From contig CAWFSE010000005.1 of assembly GCA_963818455.1 (NCBI GenBank), positions 266,071 to 330,070 of the forward strand: DNA of 64,000 nt. The letters run 5' to 3'. A program made the translations under genes and the position numbers. The notes under the pieces were generated by a model. That model was not told where the DNA came from. It ran no database searches and worked only from the letters and a program-made list of their open reading frames with translations. The stretch comes from an uncultured Actinomycetota bacterium (GTDB lineage Bacteria; Actinomycetota; Actinomycetes; CAVWCF01). Below, piece by piece: positions 40,862-50,941 of this stretch (its first letter is position 1; every line of letters begins with the position of its first letter).

Positions 40862-42656
40862 TCAGTCGTCGTCGCCGCTGCCGGACGGCACCGGCATGGT
40901 CTTGGCGACCTGCATGAGGAACTCCACGTTGGTGCGGGTCTCGCGCAGCTTGCTGAGCAGCAGCTCGACCGACTGCTGGGTCTCGAGGGCGTGCAGCACG
41001 CGCCGGAGCTTCCAGACGATCTTCAGCTCCTCCGGCGCCAGCAGGATCTCCTCCTTGCGGGTGCCCGACGCGTCGACGTCGACCGCCGGGAAGATCCGCT
41101 TGTCGGCGAGCTTGCGGTCGAGCTTGAGCTCCATGTTGCCGGTGCCCTTGAACTCCTCGAAGATGACCTCGTCCATCTTGGACCCGGTCTCGACCAGGGC
41201 CGTCGCGAGGATCGTCAGCGAGCCGCCGTCCTCGATGTTGCGGGCGGCGCCGAAGAAGCGCTTGGGCGGGTAGAGCGCGCTGGAGTCCACGCCGCCGGAC
41301 AGGATGCGGCCGCTGGCCGGGGCGGAGATGTTGTACGCGCGGCCGAGCCGGGTGATCGAGTCGAGCAGCACGACGACGTCGTGGCCCAGCTCGACCAGGC
41401 GCTTGGCCCGCTCGATGGCCAGCTCGGCGACCGTGGTGTGGTCGTCGGCCGGGCGGTCGAAGGTCGAGGCGATGACCTCGCCCTTGACCGTGCGCTGCAT
41501 GTCGGTGACCTCTTCGGGCCGCTCGTCGACGAGCACGACCATGAGGTGGACCTCGGGGTTGTTCGTGGTGATCGCGTTGGCGATCGACTGCAGCACCATG
41601 GTCTTGCCGGCCTTCGGCGGCGAGACGATGAGCCCGCGCTGGCCCTTGCCGATCGGCGCCACCAGGTCGATCACCCGGGTGGTCAGGTGCCCCGGCTCGG
41701 TCTCCAGCCGCAGCCGCTCGTGCGGGTAGAGCGGGGTGAGCTTGCCGAACTCGACCCGGCCCTTGGCGGTGTCGGGGTCGAGGCCGTTGACCGAGTCGAC
41801 GCGGACCATCGGGTTGAACTTCTCGCGGTTGCGGCCCTGCTGCGGCAGCTGCTCGCCCTCGCGCGGCTGGCGGACGGCCCCGGTGAGGGCGTCGCCCTTG
41901 CGCAGGCCGAGGCGACGGACCATCTGCAGCGACACATAGACGTCGTTCGGGCCGGGCAGGTAGCCGCTGGTGCGCAGGAATCCGTAGTTGTCGCGGATGT
42001 CGAGGATGCCGGCGACCGGCAGCAGGACGTCGTCCTCGCTGACCTGGGGCTCGACGTCCTGGGGCCCGCCCTGCGAGCCCCCGCCGGCGCCACCGCCGGG
42101 ACGGCGGTCGCGGTCGCGGTAGCGCCCGCGCCGCCGCCGGCGGCTGCCGCCGCCACCCTCGAAGTCGTCGGTGAACTCGCGGCGCTGGCCGCCCTGCTGC
42201 TGGCCGCCCTGCTGCTGGCCGCCTGCTGCTGGCGGTCGCCCTGCTGCTGGCGCTCGCCGTGCTGCTGGCGCTCGCCTGGCGCTGGCGGTCGCCTTGCTGC
42301 TGGCGGTCACCCTGCTGCTGGCGGTCACCCTGCGCGGCGCGCGGCTCGGCGGCCTCGGCGCTCGCGGGGGCGGCCGGCTCGGCGGCCGGCGCCTCGGTCG
42401 GGCGCTCAGCGCGGGCAGCCGCCCGGACCGGCGGGGCCGATGCGCCGGCTCCGCCCTGCGCCGACTTGATGGCGTCGACGAGCTCGCCCTTGCGCATCCG
42501 CGCCGTGCCGCTGATGCCCAGGCCCGAGGCCATGGACTGCAGCTCCGGGAGGAGCATCGTGGAAAGGCCGCCCGACTTGCGGGGCTTCTTGGCCTCGGTG
42601 GGCGCGCTGTCGGCGCCCGAGGTGGAGTCGACCACGGTGGTGGTGGTGTCGCTCAC
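40862..42656 (-). pseudogene. rho: transcription termination factor Rho with R/Q/G-rich N-terminal insertion, two 1-nt deletions as given
   Basis: The N-terminal part is in frame 42656 (MSDTT...[34 protein letters not shown]). The core is in frame 42328 (..[43 protein letters not shown]..). The frames are reconciled by restoring one C after 42223 and one after 42276. The length is 1795 nt. Confidence 0.92.
42185..42340 (-). repeat. about nine tandem 18-nt (hexapeptide G-[DEG]-[RQ]-Q-[QR]-[QH]) repeats inside the rho insertion domain
   Basis: The plus strand shows repeated ...GCCGCCCTGCTGCTG / GCGGTCGCCCTGCTGCTG / GCGCTCGCCGTGCTGCTG... units. The reconstructed peptide is [52 protein letters not shown]. 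Confidence 0.8.
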
Positions 42657-42837
42657 TCAGTGTCCTATCGAAAGGGGGTGAGGAGAAGGATCGCGCCGGC
42701 TCGCATCGCGTGCACCGTCCTGGGCCGGTCCTGGGATTGGAGACCAGGGGTGACCAACGGGTGGTGGCGGGGGGCACCGGCCGTGGCGAACCACTCGAGG
42801 GCGCTGGTGCTGCCATCAGCGTACACGGTGTCGGGCG

Positions 42838-43784
42838 TCAGCCGGTGAGCGGCACGACCTCGACGCCCGTCGCGGTCCACGTCGAGCCGGATGGCGCGGT
42901 GAACCACTTGGGCGCCCGCGCGCTGGCCGCGTCCACCTCGTCGTCGTCTCGGGCCAGGACCAGGACGGTCGGCCCGGCGCCGGAGACCACGGCGGCGATG
43001 CCCTGACCGCGCAGCACGTCGACCAAGGCCATCGAGCGGGGGTACGCCGCGCGCCGGTGCTCCTGGTGCAGCGTGTCGCTGGTCGCGGCCAGCAGCAGGT
43101 CCGGTGCGGCCGTCAGCGCCGTCGAGAGCAGCGCCGCCCGGCCGGCGGCCCGGGCCGCGTCGGCCAACGGCACCGTGGCGGGGAGCAGGGCGCGAGCCTT
43201 GGCGGTCTTCAGCTGCGTGGTCGGCACGAACGCCACGGGCCGCAGCCAATCGCCCGGCTCATGGCGGACGGCGTGGGCGGAGTCGGGCGAGTCCGACCAG
43301 GCGAGGGTGAGCCCCCCGTAGACGGCGGCCGCGACGTTGTCGGGATGGCCCTCCATCCGGTGGGCCAGATCGCAGGGCGGCGGCGTCATCGAGTCGCTCG
43401 TCGCCACCCACCACGAGCGCCCGGGCGGCGGCGATGCCGGCCACGATCGCGGCGGCCGAGGAGCCGAGCCCGCGGCCGTGCGGGATCCGGTTGGCGCACG
43501 ACCAGCTCAAGGCCGCGCGGCTGTCCGCCCATCAGCCGGAAGGCCGCGCGCATCGCCTTGACCACCAGGTGCCGCTCGTCGCGGGGCACCCGGTCGGCGC
43601 CCTCGCCGGCGACGTCGACGGCGAGCCCGCCGTCGGCGACGCGCGCGACGACGTCGTCGTGCAGGGCGAGGGCGAGGCCGGCGGAGTCGAAGGCCGGGCC
43701 GAGGTTGGCGCTGGTCGCGGGCACCCGGATGCGCACCGGGGCGGCCCGGAAGGTCGGCCGTGCGGCCGGTGCTGCGCGGGCCAC
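42838..43784 (-). pseudogene. thrB: homoserine kinase, two +1 frame changes as given
   Basis: Segments read VRIRVPATSANLGPAFDSAGLAL..; ANRIPHGRGLGSSAAAIVAGIAAA (GHMP motif); ..RMEGHPDNVAAAVYGGL..AAVVSGAGPTVLVL. Shifts lie near 43505 and 43375. The GTG start at 43784 abuts the thrC stop. Confidence 0.88.
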
Positions 43785-43785
43785 C

Positions 43786-44866
43786 TCAGTGGGCCAGACC
43801 GAGGTGCGCGGCGGCGGCGTCCGCGTCGATCGGCACGGTGACCGGCTGCGGCGCGCCGGCGATGGCCCACTCCGGGTCCTTGAGCCCGTGCCCGGTGACC
43901 GTGCACACGATCGTCAGGCCCGGCTCCACCAGGCCCCGCTCGGCGCACTGCAGCAGCCCGGCGGCCGATGCCGCCGAGGCCGGCTCGACGAAGACGCCCT
44001 CGCGCGAGGCCAGCAGGCGGTAGGCGGCGAGGATCTGGCGGTCGGTGACCGCGTCGATCCGGCCGCCGGACTCGTCGCGGGCGTCGAGCGGCCTGCTGCC
44101 AGGACGCCGGGTTGCCGATCCGGATCGCGGTCGCGATGGTCTGCGGCTTGGCCACCGGGGCGCCCGTGCACGATCGGCGCGCTGCCGGCCGCCTGGAAGC
44201 CCCACATCCGCGGGCGTCCGCGACGCCGGGCCGTCGGCCTCGTACTCGCGGTAGCCCTGCCAGTAGGCGGTGATGTTGCCCGCGTTGCCGACCGGCAGGC
44301 AGTGCACGTCGGGGGCGTCGCCGAGCGCGTCGACGATCTCGAAGGCGGCGGTCTTCTGGCCCTCGATCCGGGCCGGGTTGACCGAGTTGACCAGCGCCAC
44401 CGGGTACTTCTCGGACAGGTCCCGGGCCAGGGTCAGGCAGTCGTCGAAGTTGCCGTCGACCTGCAGCAGGGTCGCGCCGTGGACGAGCGCCTGGGACAGC
44501 TTGCCCAGGGCGATCTTGCCCTGCGGGACGAGCACCGCGCAGACCATGCCGGCGCGCACGGCGTAGGCCGCCGCGGACGCCGAGGTGTTGCCGGTCGAGG
44601 CGCAGATCACCGCCTGGGCGCCCTCCTCGGCGGCCTTGGAGATCGCCATCGTCATGCCGCGGTCCTTGAAGGAGCCGGTCGGGTTGGCGCCCTCGACCTT
44701 GAGGTAGACCTCGCAGCCGGTGAGCTCGCTCAGGACCTGCGCGCGCACCAGCGGGGTGCCGCCCTCGCCGAGCGACACCACCGGGGTCGCTGCGGTGACC
44801 GGCAGCCGGTCGCGGTACTCCTCGATCACCCCGCGCCACTGGTGGGCACGCGCCGTCGTCTCGCAT
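43786..44866 (-). pseudogene. thrC: threonine synthase, about 4 frame changes as given
   Basis: Segments read [16 protein letters not shown]..; [23 protein letters not shown] (PLP-Lys); [15 protein letters not shown]; then [15 protein letters not shown] / [24 protein letters not shown] / [31 protein letters not shown] in other frames. Shifts lie near 44850, 44225, 44162 and 44090. Confidence 0.88.
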
Positions 44867-44871
44867 CTCGC

Positions 44872-46173
44872 TCACTCCCCCACCACGCGCATCACGCTGG
44901 CCACCGAGCGCACGATGTCGAGTGCGCGGAGGCTGTCGACCATCGCCTGCAGGTCGGTCCTCCGAGGCCGCGTGCGTGACGAGGACCAGCGAGGCGTCGT
45001 CGCCGTGGCCGTCCTGGCGCAGCGTCTCGATGGACACCTCGTGCTCGGCGAACGTCTGGGCCACGCGCGCGAGCACGCCGGCCTTGTCGGCGACGCGCAG
45101 GTGCAGGTAGTAGCGCGTCTCGCTGCGGCCCAGCGGCAGCACCTCGAGGTCGGCGTAGGCGGACTCCTTGGGGGCCCGGCCGCCGGACAGCCGGTTGCGG
45201 ACCACCGCCACCAGGTCGCCCAGGATCGCGCTGGCGGTCGGGGCCCCGCCCGCCCCGCGGCCGTAGAACATCAGCTGACCGGCCGCGTCGGACTCGACGA
45301 ACACCGCGTTGTACGCCTCGCGGACCCCGGCCAGCGGGTGGGTGCGGGCCAGCATCGCCGGGTGGACCCGCACGCTGACCCCCTTGCCGTCGGCGGCCCG
45401 CTCGCAGATGGCCAGCAGCTTGATCACCTTGCCCATCGCCCGGGCGGTGGCGACGTCCTCGGCGGTGACCTCGGTGATCCCCTCGCGGGAGACGTCGTCG
45501 CGGGTGACCCGGGTGTGGAAGGCGAGCCCGGCGAGGATCGCGGCCTTGGCGGCGGCGTCGTACCCCTCGATGTCGGCGGTCGGGTCGGCCTCGGCGTAGC
45601 CGAGCGCCTGGGCCTCGGCCAGCGCGTCGCCGAAGGCCGCGCCCGTCTCGTCCATGCGGGTGAGGATGTAGTTGGTGGTGCCGTTGACGATGCCCAGCAC
45701 CCGCTGGACCCGGTCGCCGACGAGCGACTCGCGCAGCGGCCGCAGCAGCGGGATCGCGCCGGCCACCGAGGCCTCGTAGTAGAGGTCGACGCCGAGCGCT
45801 CCGCGGCCTCGTACAGCGTCGCGCCGTCCTCGGCGAGCAGCGCCTTGTTGGCGGTGACGACCGACTGCGCCGTGCTCCATCGCGGCCAGCAGCAGCGAGC
45901 GGGCCGGCTCGATGCCGCCCATCACCTCGATCGACGACGTCGACGTCGTCGCGGCGCACCAGCGCCTCGAGATCGTCGGTGTAGCAGCGCCGGGTCGACC
46001 GCCAGGGTGCGCTCGGCGTCCAGCCGGCGCACCCCGATGCCGGCGAGCTCCAGCGGCGCCCCGGAGCGGGCGGCCAGGTCGTCGGCCTGGGTCATCAGCA
46101 GCCGGGCGACCTCGGAGCCGACGACGCCGGCCCCCAGCAGCGCCACCCTGAGCGGCTGCGCGGGCGCGCTCAT
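44872..46173 (-). pseudogene. hom: homoserine dehydrogenase, about 5 frame changes as given
   Basis: ATG 46173 has a GGGAGG ribosome-binding site. Segments read LRVALLGAGVVGSEVARLL; ..VVTANKALLAEDG..; DLYYEASVAGAIPLLRPL..GIVNGTTNYILTRM..; ACT-like C-terminus ..YYLHLRVADKAGVLARVAQTFAEHEVSI... Shifts lie near 45981, 45935, 45862 (+1), 45793 (-1) and 44957. Confidence 0.88.
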
Positions 46174-46234
46174 GGCGACCCCTCCCTGATTGGCGCGTGA
46201 GGGCCGACAGTCTAGGGCGGGCACGGCCGCGCGC

Positions 46235-47624
46235 TCAGCCGAGGTCGGTCGCGAGGACGTCGTCGACGGTCTCCCGGCGCACGATCACGCGGGCGCCCGC
46301 GGCGTCGACGGCGACGACCGGGGGGCGGCCGATCAGGTTGTAGTTGCTGGCCATGCTGCGGCAGTACGCGCCCGTGGCCGCCACCGCGAGCAGGTCGCCG
46401 GGCGCGAGGTCGCCGGGCAGCCAGCAGTCGCGCACGACGACGTCGCCGCTCTCGCAGTGCTTGCCGACCACGCGGCGCGAGCATCGGCGGCGCCGTCGAG
46501 CCGCGCGAGGCGAGGACCACGGTGTAGTCGGCGTCGTACAGCGCCGTGCGGATGTTGTCGCTCATCCCGCCGTCGACGCTGACGTAGGTGCGCAGGCCCT
46601 CGACCGGCTTGACGGTGCCCACCTCGTACACGGTGATCGCCGGCGGGCCCGACGATCGCGCGCCCCGGCTCGACGGCCAGGCGCGGCACGGGCAGGCCGG
46701 CCGCCGCGCACTCGCGGGCCACGATCCCGCGCAGCCGCTCGGCCACGGCGCCGACCGGCTCGGGGTCGTCCCCGGCGACGTAGGCGATGCCGAGGCCGCC
46801 GCCGAGGTCGAGCTCGGGCAGCGCGAGGCCGTGCTCGTCGCGGATCGCCGCCATCAGCCCGACGACTCGGTGCGCGGCGACCTCGAACCCGGCGGTGTCG
46901 AAGATCTGCGAGCCGATGTGGGAGTGCAGCCCGGCCAGCTCGAGCGACGGCTCGCGCAGGATCCGGCGGGCGGCCTCGGCGGCGTCGCCGCCCGCCAGCG
47001 AGAAGCCGAACTTCTGGTCCTCGTGCGCGGTGGCGATGAACTCGTGGGTGTGCGCCTCGACGCCCACCGTGGCGCGGAGGTAGACGCGCTGCCGCACCCC
47101 GCGCTGCGCCGCGAGGGCCGCGAGCCGCTCGATCTCCACGAACGAGTCGACGACGACGGTGCGCACGCCGGCGTCGAGGGCGGCCGCGAGCTCGGCGGAC
47201 GGACTTGTTGTTGCCGTGCAGCAGCAGCCGCTGCGCCCGGCACGCCGGCCCGCAGCGCGACGGCCAGCTCGCCGCCGGTGCACACGTCGATGCCCAGGCC
47301 CTCCTCGACGACCCACCGGGCGACGGCGGTCGACAGGAAGGCCTTGGCCGCGTAGTAGACGTCCGCGCCGGCGAACGCCTCGGCGTACGCCCGCGCGCGG
47401 CCTCGGACGTCGGCCTCGTCCAGCAGCATCGCCGGGGTGCCGTGCTCCGCGGCGAGCGCCCGCACGTCGATCCCGTGCAGCGTCAGGGCCCCGATGACGG
47501 AGTCCCGGGCCACGCCCGAGGGCCAGATCGCCGGGTCGAGTCCTCCCAGGTCGGCCGGCGGCGCGCCGACGCCGTGGTCGGCGAGCAACTCGGCGTGCCG
47601 AGGTCCAGCGGGATGCGCGCGCAT
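46235..47624 (-). pseudogene. lysA: diaminopimelate decarboxylase, about 5 frame changes as given
   Basis: Segments read ..[17 protein letters not shown] (PLP-Lys context); HGNNKS; ..[23 protein letters not shown]..; EPGRAIVGP; [17 protein letters not shown]; [27 protein letters not shown]. Shifts lie near 47232, 47200, 46650, 46497 and 46470. Confidence 0.88.
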
Positions 47625-47679
47625 GGCGCCACGGTAGAGGGGCAGCCGCCAGCAGCGACGTCAACCCCGTCGCGAGGCT

Positions 47680-48465
47680 CTATCCCTCCGGGATGAAGCC
47701 CTCGTCCAGGTTCCAGGGCTGCAGCGGCGAGTTCTCGATCAGCCAGGTCTCCAGGTCCTTCATCCACCCGGTGATCACGAGCACGCCGATGACCACGAAG
47801 ACCACGCCGATCCCGCGCCGGAACCACCCGTGCGGGTCGGCGGCCCAGCGGGCGCCCCGCACGGCCCGCTGCCCGAGCAGCGCGATCGCCAACAGCGTCG
47901 CGCTCAGCCCGGCCGCGTACGCGGCCAGCAGCACCAGGCCGCGGCCGAACTCGGCCGGCAAGACGGTGACGATGACGTAGCCGTACAGCGGGCTGCAGGA
48001 CGTGAAGACCGGCCCGAGCGCAGCGCCGGTCAGGACGGCGCCCACAGTGCCCTCCCGCTGGCGGGCCGAGGACAGCTGGGCCGAGGTGCGCTCCTGCAGC
48101 CGCAGGCGCATCGAGATCTGCTCCCAGATCCCGGGGAAGAGCGAGACCAGGCCCAGCCCGATGAGCAGACCGCCGCTCACCCACTGCCAGACCTCGGGAG
48201 GTACCCCGATCAGAGCGGTGGACGCCTTGAGCAGCAGGGTGAAGGCCACCACGGACATCCCCAGTGACGCGGCGATCACGAAGGCGCGCCGACGCGACGC
48301 CCGCCGGGCGCGCTGGGCGACCGCGACCGCGGCGCCACCGTCGACGGCTCCCTCGTCCGACGGCAGCGCAAGCGAGCCGCCCACGATCACCGGAAGCAGT
48401 GGAAGCACGCACGGCGCCAGGGTCGTCAGCACGCCGGCGACGAACGCGCCGATCAGCTCAAGCAT
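47680..48465 (-). CDS. ccdA: cytochrome c biogenesis / thiol-reductant transfer membrane protein, CcdA (DsbD-core) family
   Basis: 261 aa, intact. The conserved Cys residues lie in transmembrane segments (TTLAPCVLPLLPV and FTSCSPLYGYV). Confidence 0.8.
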   Translation of the reverse strand: MLELIGAFVAGVLTTLAPCVLPLLPVIVGGSLALPSDEGAVDGGAAVAVAQRARRASRRRAFVIAASLGMSVVAFTLLLKASTALIGVPPEVWQWVSGGLLIGLGLVSLFPGIWEQISMRLRLQERTSAQLSSARQREGTVGAVLTGAALGPVFTSCSPLYGYVIVTVLPAEFGRGLVLLAAYAAGLSATLLAIALLGQRAVRGARWAADPHGWFRRGIGVVFVVIGVLVITGWMKDLETWLIENSPLQPWNLDEGFIPEG

Positions 48466-48477
48466 GGAGTCGCCGAC

Positions 48478-49059
48478 TCAGACCGTCTGGCCGGCGATCT
48501 CCTCGGCCGTGTCGGATCCGGAGAACTTCGCCAGGGCCTTCCCGGACGGGTCGACCTGGACGAACGTGTGCTGCACGGTCACGCCGTACTGCTTCCTCAG
48601 CGCCGTCGACGAGTCGAAGTCGGTCTTGACCACGGTGAGGCCCTCAGGCACCCCCGAGCCCTTCAGGTTCTTGTCGGCCCGCTGGCAGGTGGGGCACCAG
48701 GAGGCGGCGAAGAACAGCACGACGTCACCGCCGGCGTCGTACGCGGCCTTGTCGGCCTGGTAGTCGGCGTAGGAGATGTACGCGGCGGACTTGCCGGCCG
48801 GCACCGGGGCGGGGGCGCTAGGCGCGGTCTCGGTGGGCGCGACCTGGGTCGCCGAGGGGGTCGCCGAGGGGGTCGACTCAGCCGGAGCCGGGGCGCTCGC
48901 CGCGGCGCCCGCGTCGTCGCCTGACGTGCCGCCGCAGGCGGTGGCGGTCAGGGCCACCACCGCGGCGGCGGCGGCCAGGCGGGCGGGAAGGCGGGTGGAG
49001 CGAAGGCGGTGAGTCACGGGACTTCCTCTGTCCGGCGGGGCATGGGCGTCAGCCTCCAT
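48478..49059 (-). CDS. secreted/lipoprotein thioredoxin-fold protein (TlpA/ResA-like)
   Basis: It has a lipobox-like sequence (VVALTATAC|GG), a Pro/Ala/Thr linker, and then VVLFFAASWCPTCQRADKNL. It lies directly upstream of ccdA. The exact start is uncertain. Confidence 0.75.
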   Translation of the reverse strand: MEADAHAPPDRGSPVTHRLRSTRLPARLAAAAAVVALTATACGGTSGDDAGAAASAPAPAESTPSATPSATQVAPTETAPSAPAPVPAGKSAAYISYADYQADKAAYDAGGDVVLFFAASWCPTCQRADKNLKGSGVPEGLTVVKTDFDSSTALRKQYGVTVQHTFVQVDPSGKALAKFSGSDTAEEIAGQTV

Positions 49060-49126
49060 GAGAACCCAAGACGGGCCCGAACGCCCCCCGGACGCGCTTA
49101 CGGAGTCGTGACGTCGACTCCGGGCG

Positions 49127-50788
49127 CTACATCCGCTCGGGCGCGCTGACCCCGAGCAGGTCGAGGCCGTTGGCGAGGGTCTGCCTCGTCGCGGCGCACA
49201 GCACCAACCGCGCTGCGTTCAGCGGACCCGGCTCCTCGTCGCCCATGGGCAGCACCCGGCAGACGTCGTAGAACTTGTGGTACGCCGTCGCGAGCTCTTC
49301 GAGGTAGCGCGCCACCCGGTGCGGCTCGCGCAGCTCGGCCGCCGAGGCCACGATCCGCGGGTACTCCCCCAGCACGCCGAGCAGCTCGCTCTCGCGCTCG
49401 TGTCCGAGCAGCGACGGGTCGAACGACTCCAGGTCGGGCGCCAGCCCGAGGTCGGCGGCGTTGCGCAGCACAGACGAGATGCGCGCGTGCGCGTACTGCA
49501 CGTAGAAGACCGGGTTCTCGCTGGTGCGCGAGGTGATCAGGTCGAGGTCCATCATCAGCGGCGAGTCGGCCGGGTAGCGGCACAGCGTGTAGCGCGCGGC
49601 GTCGACGCCCACCTCGTCGACGAGGTCCTCAAGGGTGATCATGTTGCCGGCACGCTTGGAGAGGCGGACCTCCTCGCCGCCCTTGAGCATCTTGACGAGC
49701 TGCCCGATGAGCACCTCGATGTTGGTGTCCGGGTCGTCGCCGGCGCAGGCCGCGACCGCGCGGAGCCGGTTGACGTATCCGTGGTGGTCGGCGCCGAGCA
49801 GGTAGATGTTGACGTCGAATCCGCGCGCCCGCTTGTCGACGTAGTACGCGGTGTCGGACGCGAAGTAGGTGAGCTCGCCGCCGGCCTTGACCAGGACGCG
49901 GTCCTTGTCGTCGCCGAAGTCGGTCGTGCGCAGCCAGACGGCGCCGTCCTCCTCGTACATGTGCCCCTGCTCGCGCAGCTTGGCGAAGCCGCGCTCGACG
50001 GCGCCCGACTCGTGCAGGGAGCGCTCGGAGTACCAGACGTCGAAGTGGGTGCGGAAGGCGTCGAGCACGTCCTGCTGCTGCTTGAGCTGGCGGACGTAGC
50101 CCTCCTCGCGGAAGGCCACCCACTGCTCGTCGCCGGGGAGGTCGAGGATGCCGGGGACCTCGGCGACGATCTGCCGCGCGAGGTCGCCGATGTACGCCCC
50201 CTGGTAGCCGTCCTCGGGCGCGGACTCGCCGTGCGCGGCGGCCATGATGGACACGCCGAACTTGTCCATCTGCACGCCGCGGTCGTTGACGTAGAACTCC
50301 CGGGTGACCGTGGCGCCGGCGGCCTCCAGCACCCTCGCGATCGAGTCGCCCAGCGCGGCCCAGCGGGTGTGGCCCAGGTGCAGCGGTCCGGTGGGGTTGG
50401 CCGAGATGAACTCCAGGTTGACCGCCGTGCCGGCCAGCAGGTCCGAGCGGCCGTACGCCCCGCCGGCCCGCACGATCGCGCGGGCGAGCTCTCCCTGCGC
50501 CGCGGTGTCCAGGGTCACGTTGAGGAAGCCGGGACCGGCGACGTCGACCGAGGCGATCCCGGCTGAGCCCCGCAACCTGGTGGCCAGCACCTCGGCGAAG
50601 GCGCGTGGCGGCACGCCCGCGGACTTGGCGAGCTGGAGGGCCACGTTGGTGGCGTAGTCGCCGTGGTCGGGGTTCTTGGGCCGCTCGACGGTGACGGCAG
50701 CCGGCAGCTCGACGGGGGGCAGGTCTCCGGCCTCGATGGCGTCGGACAAGGCGCCCACGAGGGCAGCGGAGAGCTCGGCGGGCGTCAT
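49127..50788 (-). CDS. argS: arginine--tRNA ligase
   Basis: 553 aa, intact. It has a HIGH-type motif ([15 protein letters not shown]) and ends ..[15 protein letters not shown].. with a terminal M. Confidence 0.97.
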   Translation of the reverse strand: MTPAELSAALVGALSDAIEAGDLPPVELPAAVTVERPKNPDHGDYATNVALQLAKSAGVPPRAFAEVLATRLRGSAGIASVDVAGPGFLNVTLDTAAQGELARAIVRAGGAYGRSDLLAGTAVNLEFISANPTGPLHLGHTRWAALGDSIARVLEAAGATVTREFYVNDRGVQMDKFGVSIMAAAHGESAPEDGYQGAYIGDLARQIVAEVPGILDLPGDEQWVAFREEGYVRQLKQQQDVLDAFRTHFDVWYSERSLHESGAVERGFAKLREQGHMYEEDGAVWLRTTDFGDDKDRVLVKAGGELTYFASDTAYYVDKRARGFDVNIYLLGADHHGYVNRLRAVAACAGDDPDTNIEVLIGQLVKMLKGGEEVRLSKRAGNMITLEDLVDEVGVDAARYTLCRYPADSPLMMDLDLITSRTSENPVFYVQYAHARISSVLRNAADLGLAPDLESFDPSLLGHERESELLGVLGEYPRIVASAAELREPHRVARYLEELATAYHKFYDVCRVLPMGDEEPGPLNAARLVLCAATRQTLANGLDLLGVSAPERM

Positions 50789-50941
50789 GGGGCCAGGCTA
50801 CCCGCGGGCTGGGGGCGCTCCGGGGCCAGCGATCGGGGCGGGCGATCGGGCCGAACGGGTGGCGACGGTGGCCGGAACGTGTTGCGCTACCCGTGACGGC
50901 GTTGACTCGCGCCGCCCGCGCCGAGAGGACCTGAACTGCCC

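Noticed and set aside
42185-42340. A regular 18-nt repeat array that could superficially suggest a CRISPR or minisatellite locus.
   Set aside because: The repeats are contiguous with no spacers, lie in frame inside rho, and encode a hexapeptide array.
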